From the NCBI GenBank assembly GCA_965649765.1, contig OZ287753.1, forward strand, positions 70,990,001 through 71,054,000: DNA of 64,000 nt, written 5' to 3'. This DNA is from Bispira polyomma. Lineage: Eukaryota. Position 1 is the stretch's first letter. The number at the start of each line of letters is the position of its first letter. The notes beneath the pieces are model-generated. The model had not been told where the DNA came from. It made no database searches and was given only the letters and a program-made list of their open reading frames with translations. A program made the translations under genes and the position numbers. Shown piece by piece: positions 1 to 12,559 of the stretch.

Positions 1-1260
1 GGAATTTGATGATAGCCACTGGCCAAATCCATAGTACAAAAGAACCTAGCTCCACCAAGAGAAGATAAACATTCCTGTGTATTAGGCAATCCTACCGCCA
101 ATTTTCTAGATATATCATTAATCGCGTGATAATCCACACAAACGCGAATACTACCATCCTTTTTAGTTACAATAACTAAAGCTGAAGCCCATGGACCATC
201 ACTACGCTGTATTAACCCCTGTTCCTCCAAATTCCTTTTGTACTATTTCCCTCTGGGCAATAGGTAACCTACGTGGACGTTGCCTAATAGGTGAATGGTC
301 ACCCGTATCTATATAGTGTTTGGTTAAAGGAGTTGACCCTAGCTTCCCATCAGGCCCCACAAAAATGTCCTGATAATCAATCAACAACTTTTCAAACCTC
401 TTAACCTCTTGAATAGACAACTTGTTTGTCACTGACTCAATCAATGGCCTTAAATGTTCAGGTAAAACAGGTTCCTTAACATTAACCTCCTCAGAGTTAA
501 CCTTCATGACAGAACCTTGATCCTTTGGACTGAGAAAACTTACAACCTTATTCACTGGCTGCAACAAAGCTACAATAGAACCCTTACTAAGAGTAATCAT
601 CTTGTCTGTTAGGTTTGCCACCCTTAATGGAACAACTGACTTTTCAGTCTGAACCAAGCTTTTAGCCACTAATAAACCAGTTTGAGGAAAAATCAACCTA
701 GTAGGCTCAACAAGTCCGCATTTCCTGTGGGAAACCCAATGATTACTATCAAACCTACCAGAAATAATCATCTCATGATTTGATGGAATACAACAGGTTT
801 CAGACACTTGAATGCGTGCACAACGTGTATCACCTTTGCGGTGTAAAGTTATCTTATGTACACCCATTCTCATGTAACCTTTACCCATGTGAAAAATACA
901 ATCATTCTGTTCCATGAACTCAAGTCCAAGAATAGTACTCTTATCTCCTAGAGCTACTACCTTAACACAACTCTCAACACTTCTACCTCCTAACTCTAAC
1001 GACAGAGTAACCTCACCAAAAACTTTAAGAAGCTCACCACTAGCCACTAGCACTCCTTAATGCAACATTACAATCCTGCAGCCTGGACTTAACACTATCA
1101 GGTAAACTATGAAAGAATTCTATGTCAACAACTGTGTATGTTGACCCAGAATCAACCAAGAAATCTGAAACGACTCCCTCAACAACTCCTCTTACATACC
1201 AACAAGAAGCACTAATGACCTCAACAATTCCCTCAGTGGGCCGTAAAATTTAACTTGCTG
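1..1260 (-). pseudogene. pol: Gypsy pol (protease, linker, RT N-terminus), frameshifted
   Basis: Manual translation gives WYVRGVVEGVVSDFLVDSGST (protease). ORF 202-1053 contains ILGLEF (protease C-term) and HYIDTGDHSPIRQRPRRLP (typical pre-RT motif). RT motifs lie at 1-200. Confidence 0.9.
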
Positions 1261-1287
1261 TAGATTTGGCCCCAATCCCAGCACTAC

Positions 1288-2396
1288 TTAGTTTAACTGA
1301 TTAGGATTTCTGCCAAAATGCTTCCCTACATTCTGACCAGACACAACCTGTTTGGGACAATCTTTCTGAAAATGACCAAGCTCCTTACACCTGAAACACT
1401 GAATGTTATCCAACCTAAACTCCTTGGGTTTTGGCTTATCAGTATTGCCCCTGAATGTACCCTTATAGCCTGGGTTATTGTCAGCCTTTATTTGCTGCAT
1501 GTCCTTCTGAAGAGCCCCAAGCTCCCTAGAACTATTTTGTAAGGTTGACCAAATTTTCTGGAGCAAATTCTTTTCTGACTGTTGATCAACCTGATCCAAC
1601 TGATTTAGAGCACCACACTCCCTACCCTTATTCATGGGTTTTTGCAGAATTTTCTTATGACCATCCCCATACTCAAACCTCTCGCATTCCATTGCCAAAG
1701 AAATAGCCTCATTAAGAGATTTTGGATGACCAAACTGAACATGCCTTTTTAGCTCAGGCCTAGCTAACCCCATAATAAACTGATCTAAGACCCATTGTTC
1801 CTGACAATCATGTGGGATATTGGGAAAAGCCCTGACTGCTAAGCGACGTAATGTATAGCCATACTGCATGACAGATTCATCAGGCCTACGAACCCTATTA
1901 CGAAACTCCAACCTATATGTAGTTTCCATTTCTGAAGGATTGAACCGCCTAATTAACTCCCTAACCAAACTGTCAAAGTCCTCAGTTCCCCCATAGTGAG
2001 CAACATCACCCAACACCCTTTGTGCAGGACCCTTCAAGCTCATAGCTAACTGCATGCCTTTTTCCTCATATGACCACCCATTCCACTCTGCTACTGTCTC
2101 AAAGTTGAATGCCTTATTTGATCACCTAACTCATCTGACGTGTCATAAAACACCTCGTCATCAGAGTCCTGATCCCTATTTCCCATCCCATGTGAAGCAT
2201 TCACATTGAAAGAATTCTGATTAGCAGGAGTTGTCGTATTCAGTAAACCCTTAGAGTGCCTATCAGGAATCCTATTAAACTGAACCTCCTCATCTAACCC
2301 TGATACATTCCCCTGGCCCTTGAGCTGTTTTTTAGGCCACCTAGGAACCCAATCAGAAACCACCTGAATCCAACTCTTAGACTTCCTAGTAGTCAT
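1288..2396 (-). pseudogene. gag: Gypsy gag (capsid-like region plus CCHC zinc knuckle), one frameshift near 2100
   Basis: ORFs 2091-2396 and 1288-2055; RRPDESVMQYGYTLRRLAVRAFP and DQFIMGL are retrotransposon gag-like motifs; CX2CX4HX4C knuckle. Ends at GTTAAAC-TAA, compatible with a -1 gag-pol frameshift site. Confidence 0.9.
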
Positions 2397-2489
2397 TTTT
2401 ATCCCTGTATAGCCTTAGTTTACGAAGAAGTATCAACTATCGGGTAAGTTAACAGCGACAAAAACAATCAGATATATGTTGGAATATGA

Positions 2490-3290
2490 AGTACTGTTTT
2501 TCACCTCAGTGACACCTTGGGTATTAACCTTTGTGTTTTTCACTATGTGTAGCTCTTACTGTATTACTATTTATATCACCTTTATAGTATTTCACCCTTG
2601 TGTTACTATTGTGTCACAGTACTAATACAATTTTATGCACCTTGGCATACACCTCAGGTATATAACCTTCTGTGTCAAAACCTTTGTGCTGACCTTACAT
2701 ACACTCAGCCATACACATGCACACCAATCACTGTTTTATGTCACCTAGTAAGTAATCTTGGTGATTACTCTGTGAGAACAGTGATATATGTTTTTGTACT
2801 GAATATTTTGATATGGAATGATATGATACAATCAATTAATTACTGCTTTATACCACCCGGTATCCACATAAGGTAAGTACCTTTTGCGCCAATATCCTGT
2901 GTTAGCAATAATTTACATGCACTCTATTACTGTTTTATCTCACCACAGTATTCGCCTCAGGCGTGTACCATTTTTGGCTATCATAAATACCTGTGTTAAC
3001 AATAATAACATACACACAATCAATCACCCGTAATTTTGTTGTGTGAAGAGTAACTAAATCACTATTTTATATCACCATAGTAAAGTACACCAATGTGTTG
3101 CTACTTGTGAGAACAGTGTTTTAAATGAACCAAGCACACCATTTACTGTTAATTCACCTTAGTAAAATACACCACTGTGTTGCTACTTTTGTGTTAAAAA
3201 CAGTAAATTTTCATTCACAACCCTATTACTGCCTATTTCACCCTGGTAATATACCGATGTATTTACCATGTGTCAGCACAGTAATTTCAT
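2490..3290. repeat. Degenerate tandem repeat (~85-110 bp period) in the Gypsy 5' leader
   Basis: Core resembling ACTGTTTT(A)...TCACC recurs at ~2493, 2565, 2730, 2843, 2928, 3061, 3145, 3226; TGTGAGAACAGTG at ~2771 and ~3106. Confidence 0.65.
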
Positions 3291-3421
3291 GTACACAATT
3301 AAATAACTACAGATTTGGACACCTCAGTTATAAATACATATACATGTACAATTATTAACGGTATTTAAACAACATTTAAACTTAAGTTTATTTGGCAAGT
3401 ACAATAATTTAATAAATTCCA

Positions 3422-3439
3422 ATCCTGGTCACTGCACCA
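3422..3439 (-). promoter_or_regulatory. Primer-binding site complementary to the tRNA-His 3' end
   Basis: Minus strand reads TGGTGCAGTGACCAGGAT, 6 nt downstream of the LTR end (...GTCACA). It differs at one position from the complement of invertebrate tRNA-His(GUG) 3' end as I recall it (TGGTGCCGTGACCAGGAT). Confidence 0.85.
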
Positions 3440-3445
3440 AATTTC

Positions 3446-4408
3446 TGTGACAACCCTTGAGCCAAGCTAATGTCCTATTTAAATAACATCAAAGTTTGCG
3501 TTGTGTTCATGTATGGCCAGTCACCAAGATTACAGATTCAATTGGAATGAGCTATCAGTAGCTAGAGTTATTGAAGCCTGGTATCAATAAAACTACTGAG
3601 AGCCCGAGGTACTATAGGTCTACCACAAATAGAGTGAAAATTGCCAAATATAAACTTAAAGTATTTATTTAATAAAGTGGACTAAAATACGGCTTGTGTA
3701 TCTGGCCATACCGCCAATGTATAATACAATAGGATATAAAAATGTACACAAATATGGTATAATATACTAATATAAACCAATACGGCTCCTGTATATTACT
3801 ATACAGCCGAAGTATAATATAATACAGTGCACAACACAATTAATTAAATTATAAACCTACACACATTTATCTTAAAATTGTGTGCCAACCATATTACTAA
3901 CAGGCTATATTTAAGCTCACGAATTGTCCCTGTAAATTATATCAACACACCGATAATACAGCCTGCACCAAAAATACTACATTGTAGTAGTAACTGTCAA
4001 ATACATGTGTATTTGTTTACTGAAAGTATTCCTAATTAATAGTAATTCACTTTGGTTATACGGATCCGAATAATATAACATCAAATTAATAATATAAGAC
4101 AAAATGTCAGAGTAAATTACTACAAGGATGTACCTCCGATTTCTCGGCCACGGTCACACCGAGAAGGTGTTTACCTCCGCGCCTTATATAAGCAGGAGTC
4201 GTAACCCTAATTTGCATACCGAACACCGAAATATATCCCAAAATGCATCAGTACACCCCTCGGGAAACGAAGCTAACCGAACTACACCGAAACCGAGATC
4301 GGGGATGTACACGTAAAGTGATGACGTCATCGCCGAAGTTCACAAAAATGGCGATATATAAATATTATTAGTATTTGAATAGAAATGGTACGAATATTTG
4401 ACATAACA
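3446..4408 (-). repeat. 5' LTR of the Gypsy element (outer boundary approximate)
   Basis: Ends in CA next to the PBS. Contains a CpG-rich promoter-like segment with TATA-like CTTATATAAG (~4183) and the palindrome GATGACGTCATC (~4320). Candidate TG start at 4408 or 4403; no second LTR in the window to confirm. Confidence 0.7.
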
Positions 4409-6898
4409 ACCTTAACTTCATCTTTTAAACAGAAGTACATCTTATTTGCAATAAAATGAACCGTTTCTGGCTTTTATACTCCACATATTACCCCAATCAC
4501 GATCTCGTAAATCGGCGACCATATTATACAGTACTAAACTACTACGAGATGACAGGGTCATCTCATGTGTTTCCCTATAGTTTTTTATGGGTCTTCCAGG
4601 AATCTTGCTTGGAAAGTGATTCTTTCCCACTTCCAGTAGCACTAAGACAGTCTTTATTTCTTTCTTTTATCAAGATTCTTATAGTAAGGGAAGTATAAAA
4701 CTTATGTGATAACATTTGTACAGCATATTTGCACATTATCAGATGATGGGTAGATGTGTATCTCACATATTATGTGCATGCATATTTTCTCCTATTTGAA
4801 TATATTCTAATTAGAAGATATCTACAATTATATACAGAAGAGAAAATAAATATGAAGGTACATAAATATTGATGGATGGCAAATAGTATGTGTTGACTAG
4901 TTAAAATACAAACACGGGCTCTATACAAACGCTGGCTGTGTCCAATCAAAGTATCATATTGTGAGAGTCTAGACAACTGATTATAATTTAATGTGTGGCT
5001 TTTAATTTTTACAGGTAATTCCATTGTTATCCTCTATAGACACTGTCCTTGTTACAGTACCCAACCTAAAGGTTGCAAGGAGTCGTATTGAAACCATTTG
5101 CTCATAAATGGTACATTATGCAGACAGAACAACGGACAGCTGAAACAACCATTTCTGCAATATGTGGTCTATAAAAACTTGCTAAACCCTAATATAAGTA
5201 TAGAGTAACCTTAATATACTACAGTGTATCTTATGTTTGTCATAACCAATAGACTATAACCATATAGACCATCTGTGGCCCATACATGTCTGTGTGCTAT
5301 TCAATTATATCACAACTTGCTGTGATAAACTGGTAAATAAGCCACCCTCCTGGACCATATAAAGAGGATATGTAATTTCAAAGACAATGCTCAAATAATG
5401 ACCACTGCTTACATCAGTGCCTTAATAATTATGACTAAAAGGTTATCAAAAGGAAAGGCTAGGTTGTCATTTGTTAGTAGTATAACAAGTTGGCTGGGGA
5501 TTGTCAGAGAAAAAGGCCAAAAGACATCAGATAGAACAAAAATTATCTAAAAACATTTACATATTTTCAACATTTTAATTTTTATATTGTACCAAAATGA
5601 CATATTGAATGAACAACAAATGCATGTTCATGACTTTTTTCTTTTAATATGTAAAACCAGATATTTACTGCAAATTGTGGAAGAAACTAAAAAATGTAAT
5701 TCATTTCTACTTTATAAAACATGTGCAACACTTCCATGGATATTCTATTAATTGTGTAGAGATTGTAGAGCTTTATCATCTTGTAAAGTCGGATAAGTAG
5801 TTAATCCAAGGGATTAATTAATTCAATGAATGTTGCCTTTTCGAAATAATCTTTTCATTACCTATTAAGACCTAGTTCCGTACAGTAAAGAATCTGTATC
5901 CATTTATTCTAAAGTAAAGTAAATGCTTTTATTTCTGTTATTCTATTGTCTATATTAATTTTCCCACTTATCTACATTGGCACGTAACACTAAAATTGAA
6001 AGTTTTAATGTTTATTTTAACATGATCATAGTCATTTTACACACATAAGGAACAGTTGGAAGTTAACTTAAACTAGAAGGGCTACTAGTTAGAGCCTACA
6101 ACTGCTCCAAAATTTATTTCTATTTTTGGCCACTTTGCCCTTAAGTAAGACATTGACAGTGTGTCAGGGGAATGGGGATTAATCTCCACTTGAACAGGTA
6201 ACTAATTATATGATTTAATACTAGTACACTCAGTAGAGAGAACACCTCTATTAATGTACCACAGAAAAAGTAAAAAAGATCAATAACATCCTGTATATGT
6301 CCTTCTGTCTGGCACTTCTGCAAAATTCAATGGATTCCTGGGCTATTCCCATCTCTCAACAAAATTTTTTGGTAAATTAGGTCACTAGATTTAATGTAAA
6401 ACTGAAAAATCAAACTAACAAACAAGCTGGATAAACCTCCCTTGCCAAGGTAATGGATCATCAATATCCATAGAGGAAACACTGTCCTAGCTGTACCCTT
6501 TATCTGTATTAATAATGTTCTTCAGGCATATATAATAGCTGACAAGTTGATTGAGGATCTTTACATGTCAGTGAAGCTTACCTGGACTTAACTTGGTCTA
6601 TACACTTTTAATCATTATTGTCAACTCAAACCAGAATTTCAAAATCCCTGTTCCTTACAAAAAACAAGTGCTCCCTATGAAATACAATTGGTATGTATTT
6701 TTCAAATCGCAGTGTAACTTCAAATATATATTGGTGGAGGTTTTTTAGTTTGAATAAAGGTAATAACATTGGTCAATCAAGGACAGAGGAAGAGTTAATG
6801 GAGTAAGGAATATTGAAAAAAATAGGTTTGCAACTTGCTACAAAACGATAGTGTAGTGTAGTAGAAACTCGGAAATGAGAAAGGAAAAACTATTCCAG

Positions 6899-7391
6899 AG
6901 TGCCCTACCCTAGTGAAGCTGGTATGGTGAAGAACACGGGGCAAGTAAAAAGGCAGAGTTGGGGAAGTTAGTTTAATGCTTCTATGTTATCTCTAACACT
7001 ATATTTACATACTAGTTGTTTTAAGGTCACCTTACCACCAGAGAGATTTTAAAACATTTTCAATTTAAGGTGATCTTAGCCTGAACTTACAGGTTAAGGT
7101 GTGAGAAAAGATTTTGAGTTAAGGGTAGCCCTAGCTTGAAGTTAGGGTTACCTAAAATTGAGTTTACGAAAGAGTTTGCGGTTACCTAAACTTAAGACTT
7201 AAGGTTAGGTTAAAAATATTTGAATTTTGAAGATGAGGTAACCTCAATTTGAGTTAAGGTTGCCAAATGAGATTGTTACATGTATATGAAATGATTTGAA
7301 ATGAAATTAGGTGGTAAGGTGACCCAAAATTTTAATCTTTAACATTAAAGTATATATGAATATTGTAAAAGTATGTAAATAAAGCCCCAAA
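6899..7391 (-). repeat. Split direct repeat B2 (3' terminus of YR element)
   Basis: Near-identical to 8563-9055 (AGTGCCCTA.CCTAGTGAAGCTGG...GCCCCAAA). Confidence 0.95.
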
Positions 7392-8352
7392 AACAGGGTA
7401 AAATCGAATTTAAGACTATGGTGACTAGCTAAAATGTTAAAACAGCTACTCAGAATAAAGTCCACGATTAGCAGAGAAGTTTAAACCGTAAGCCCTTAGC
7501 ATATACAATGACCATAGCCATGGGAAACATGCATACTGACAATAAATAAAATAAATCGAGTTGATCTTTTTGTTGCAGGGAGGAGGCCATGCTGTGTAGA
7601 GGACATCCTGGACCCATAGCTGAGCCATGCATGCCATACCCCTGAAACTACATGCCTATGGTTTAATACATGTTTAACTTGTTGCATATCATGCACCTGC
7701 ATGATGAAATGCAATGTATACTCAGAAAACTACATTAGCAGCAACCTAAAAGTTGCGGAATTACATTTATTTAAGACATAACATCTGCATATATGTACAG
7801 GGTTAACTAAAACACGCACAGCAACCAATTGGTCACGCACAAACACCTGTTTGAATTACATATAGATAATTGTAAACTAAAACTTCTTTGATAACTACAC
7901 GCACAGTAACCACTAATGGGTACTAACATTAACACAATTCTATAACACCTCATGCCCTGCATGAGAGGGGAGACAACAGTTTATGAAATACACAAGAAAA
8001 TGACAACGGGTATTTACCCTGAAAACAAGATAATTAAAACACAATTGATGAAGACAAAAGGGAAGCCGTCTCAGCAGCCATCAGTTACCTAAAAGAAAGA
8101 AATGGCCCTAAGGCACTGGTGTTACCCAGTAAAGTGGGAGACAGGTCGCCTAGGAGACCAAGAGTCGCCCAAGGGGCCGAGACTGTGAAAGCCAGCAGTA
8201 ATGCATAACTCAGGGCCCACAGCCCCGGTCCCCCACCCCCCTGCGCTATGGTGTGAAGGGAGACAAATGGAACCCCAGGGACAGCCGCAGCGCTCCAACG
8301 AACGTACACATAGCTGAAAGCTGCAGAGGCAGTAGTAGGGGAAGAGGGAGGG

Positions 8353-8561
8353 AAAATAGAATAAAAATTTAAGATGGCGTTGTTGACTTATTGACTTCAA
8401 TGTAAAAAGTGATGGTGCTGTAGAAAAAGCGGGAAAGCTGGGGTCAGTTAGTACAAATTGGCGAATTAGAAGAAGGGTTGAGAGGTCGTGACCCCAAGAG
8501 GTGAGTTAAGGAAAATACCAGTAAGCACTGAACTAACTAACCCCTGTGGGTCTACCCTGCA
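8353..8561 (-). repeat. Split direct repeat A2 (internal copy of the 5' terminus)
   Basis: Near-identical to 13690-13898; contains AAGATGGCG (YY1-like motif). Confidence 0.95.
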
Positions 8562-8562
8562 C

Positions 8563-9055
8563 AGTGCCCTATCCTAGTGAAGCTGGTATGGTGAAGAACA
8601 CGGGGCAAGTAAAAAAGCAGAGTTGGGGAAGTTAGTTTAATGCTTCTATGGTATCTCTAACAATATATTTACATACTAGTTGTTTTAAGGTCACCTTACC
8701 ACCAGCGAGATTTTAAAACATTTTCAATTTAAGGTGACCTTAGCCTGAACTTGCAGGTTAAGGTGTGAGAAAAGATTTTGAGTTAAGTGTAGCCCTAGCT
8801 TGAAGTTAGGGTTACCTAAAATTGAGTTTACGAAAGAGTTTGCGGTTACCTAAACTTAAGACTTAAGGTTAGGTTAAAAAGATTCGAATTTTGAAGATGA
8901 GGTAACCTTAATTTGAGTTAAGGTTGCCAAAGGAGATTGTTACATGTATATGAAATGATTTGAGATGAAATTAGGTGGCAAGGTGACCCAAAATTTTAAT
9001 CTTTAACATTAAAGTATATATGAATATTGTAAAAGTATGTAAATATAGCCCCAAA
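8563..9055 (-). repeat. Split direct repeat B1, abutting A2
   Basis: Near-identical to 6899-7391; the B1/A2 junction reads CCCTGCACAGTGCCCT on the plus strand. Confidence 0.95.
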
Positions 9056-10040
9056 GCCCAATTAGGAAGTAGTAGTGTTTTGAAGGAGAGGGCCACTTGC
9101 TCAGAGGCATTGTGGTCCTGGACTATATACTTCCACACACAATCCGAAGTCCAGGTTCCATGGCTTTGGATATCTTGAATTGGCACATTATTGTTAAAGG
9201 CTAAGGTGGCACCTGAACGACGGAAGGTGTGGAAAGATATAGAAGAATGCTGGAGGCCCAATCGGGTAAGTATTGAGGAGAGATTTCTCCTAACTTGAGA
9301 ATCTATCATAGGGCCCCAATTTTGAGCTTTTTAAAATTGAAACAAAGGGGTGTTTTTATTGCCCGGAGTGATTGCTAGCAGGATCCTAGTGGCAGCCACT
9401 GGGCACAAGGGTGACCCAGGCAAGTTTGGAATTTTTAACACCTTAACTACATTTTGGGACTGGAGGGTCTTTGACCACTTTATTATAATGTGTAAGCCCG
9501 GAGGAGCAAATAAAACATCGCCCCGGGCCAACTGAACTAAAGGAGAAAATTGGGCAGCCGCATGGGATACCAGATTCGATATCCTTAGAAAGGAAAAAAA
9601 TGCTATCAAGTACACTGCTTTAAACACTAAACCCATATACATGCTATCACAGGTCTGAATTATCTGATGACGAAGGGGTATATCTATTATGGCTTTGATC
9701 TTTGCCCTAAAGGGGCTGTTTAGCACTAGAGCTTTCTGGTAATATTGGATTCTGGGGTCTGCAAAGGCCCCTATATCCAAGCCATACAGGGCCATTTTAG
9801 CTTTAATCGCAGATAGGTAGTTACTTATAGAGGGAGAAGATACATTATTGGCGACTAAAACTTCCAAAAAGGCCAGGATGATTAAAGGGGATATAAGGTG
9901 TGGTCTGACCTGAGCAAAAGTGCAAAAGGCCAAGAAAATCCGAAACATGTTTGTGTAAGCCTTCTCAGTGGCTGGTTTAAATGCTTGGTGAGATCTGTGG
10001 GAGGCTTGGAGGGCTATCTTTCTTAGGTTGGAGGGTACAT
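9056..10040 (-). pseudogene. Tyrosine recombinase of YR element 1 (one in-frame premature stop at 9331-9333)
   Basis: Catalytic set visible: FFSFLRISNL (R), IKWSKT (K), SFHTFRRSGA (HxxR), HGTWTS, VWKYI (Y). ORFs 9331-9948 and 8971-9309 are in the same frame. Confidence 0.93.
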
Positions 10041-10049
10041 CTGTAAATA

Positions 10050-12546
10050 TTAAATAGACCAGTCAATATCTAACATATTGGGGTGAACTTTGAGCCATTG
10101 CTGGTTTGGAAGCAGTTGTAATAATTTCTTTTTTCTATCAGTAGTGAGATGCCAACGAGATTGCAGGTCAGCCACAGTGTTTAATCTACCCAGGATATGG
10201 ATGGTTTTAAGGCTGATATCAGCAGATGCTGTCTCCATGAATATATTCCTAGCAATAGCGGCTAAAGTAAGGTCTTTGGTCTTACCAGATTTTAGAATTA
10301 TGACCACATCAGCATTATCACATTGGAATATAAGTCTTTTACCCGCCCAGGTGGATTTCCACAATCTAATAGCCACTAAAATGTTTAACATTTCAAGATG
10401 TACTATTGTCATGTCAAGGTAACCTAGAGGAATTGGAAACTCATATATCTCATTGTTACAGCGCCCCCACATCCCTTGGAGGCACGCGTCTAGCTGGATA
10501 CAGTCTGTAGTTGGTTCATGCTGAAAGAAAGCCTTACCATTGAATCTAGGTAGAAATTTGGTAAATCAGTTTACATCCTAGTGGAATTCTTGTGTAAGTT
10601 GGATTTTTTGACTAGCTCCTACTGACTTTAGGACGTCTATCATCTGGTTTAAGAAAACTCTTGCTACACGTACACATTTTGAAATGTAGAGCAATTTGCC
10701 CAGAAGGGACTGTAGCTCTCGTTTAGTACATGCCTTTCTATTTTGCCATTCCCGAATTAAGGCATTAATTTCATCCAGTTTTTCCTCAGGAAGGGAGACT
10801 GTGAGATCCACAGTATTTACTAGTACTCTCGGCAGACCACGGTAGTACTAGGATAGACAAGCTTTTTGTGACTGAGAGCGAAACCTAGTTCTTGTAAAAG
10901 ATTGTACAGCAGGTCAAAGGAGCGTTTACTCTCAGTGACATCACCATAACCGATTACGTTGTCGATGTAGTTGATGATGTCACAGCCGTGATTTTTCATA
11001 ATGTACCTAACAGCGTCGCTTAAATGTTGAAAAATGGCGCTACCATGCCTAAAACCGAAGGGTAGGCATGAATCTACAAAGTACTTTTCTAGTTTTAAGC
11101 CTAATAATCTTTACGTGACGGAACACCTGTCAATTTTGTACAATAGAGTACCTTTACCCAGACGAGCGATTTTACTAGTAATAGTATCAATAGTTGGGAG
11201 AGTGAGAGCGAAAGAGGTATTCAGGTATTTATCTTTGGCTACAGCTGAATTTACCGACTCTCCATGTGGAAAGCTTAAATCTATTATGACTCGACGATGA
11301 GCCCCACCCGGTTTTTCTCTTGTCATAAAGGGTGAAATGTGTAGGTCCTTAATGGGAATATTATCAAAGGGACCCAACATAGGGCCAAACTTGGTCTCTT
11401 CAGTCAAGTACGCCTTGATGTCATCCGGATACTGAGTCGCTGACTGGTGGTTCTTTTCTATATGAGAAAGCTTTCTACCTTTTTGAAAACCCGTATCGTA
11501 TTAGAAAAGGGAGTTGTTTGTCCCAATAATCCACAAGGTATTTTTCCCAAACGTCTGGATTTAATTCTGATTCAATCTCTATTTGTGAGCCCACAAAGTT
11601 GGGACAATTTTGGTTTTTAATGACACTGTGCAATTTGAGAAGTGTGTCATTTGATTGAATTCGCTTATCAGTATTAAGAAGTCAGAGATTTCCAAGTGGT
11701 ATAAAACCATACTTATCTATGTTTTGGTTATCCCACTGCTGAAATTGGGGTTCGTCACTTGCCTGTTTAATTAAGTCCCAAGTTTTGGGTTTGGCTTGCA
11801 ATTCTAAGTCATATTTGTCCAGATTGTGTAGCTTTTTATTTTGGCCACCTTCTGTACTTGCTTTCAGTTTTGTACCCTGTATACAAGTACCCTGCATAGT
11901 ACTGAGGTGGTCACTAATATCATTTGCCAGACCACAGTCAACAGGACTACTGTCCTGTAAGGGTGTGAATTTGTTTTGTATGGGTAACACCCATTCCAAA
12001 GGCCCTTCTGTCTCAAGGTGTTTTTGCATTTTACTGGGTTGACATTTAAATGGGGTATTTGTTGGTTCCTGGCAAGTGATACCTATGAGGTCTTGGGAAC
12101 CTCTTTGACTTTATAAACTCAGGGTTTTAGACCTCTGTTTTTTGTACACACATGATAGCTTTAGGGGGGGAATTTCCCCAAAAACCACCATTTGCTGTAC
12201 CTGAAACATTATGCATAGCTACTCTTGTTAGTCTATCTAACACGTGATCACTCCTGTACAATTTGTTTACACTCTTGTTAGTAACACGTGTTTTAGTGAC
12301 ACCAATATTTACAACATTACATGTTTTGACAATATCTGCATAGGACTTATTTTGACACTTAGCCCAATAAGTTTTCCAGCAAGTGCTGTCATACTGTCTA
12401 TTACTATTATATATAGTTCTACTACGAAATTTAAGACCACTAGTGAAATTGCTGTTAGTTTTATTTTTGGCTGCAGCTTTAGAAGAAAACTGAGCAGGCA
12501 CTGCAACATTGCAGGATGAGAGTAAGAACGGCCTGTTTTGTGACAT
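10050..12546 (-). pseudogene. RT/RNase H ORF of YR element 1, multiple frameshifts and stops
   Basis: Fragments ISPFMTREK..RRVIIDLSFP, LPFGFRHGSAIFQ, INYIDN (expected YIDD), LQSLLGKL, and RNase H motifs LDAC, IVHLEMLN, FQCDN. Confidence 0.9.
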
Positions 12547-12559
12547 TCGCTGCAGACGT

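Larger units (their letters stand above)
1..4408 (-). mobile_element. Gypsy/Ty3-type LTR retrotransposon, 5' half (runs off the left edge), degenerate
   Basis: Minus-strand order is LTR, PBS, long leader, gag (CCHC knuckle CFRCKELGHFQKDC), aspartic protease (FLVDSGS at ~1144-1164), then RT N-terminus (PWASALVIVTKKDGSIRVCVDY...DLASGYHQI at 1-200). Frameshifts in gag (~2100) and pol (~1060, ~205). Confidence 0.95.

Noticed and set aside
8560-8566. CACAGTG at the A/B junction equals the RAG RSS heptamer
   Set aside because: No nonamer at 12/23 spacing and no RAG/Transib sequence; explained as the dyad at the YR junction.
8971-9948. Phage or bacterial integrase / horizontal transfer
   Set aside because: The recombinase sits within gag-RT-RNase H and split direct repeats, so it belongs to a eukaryotic YR retrotransposon.
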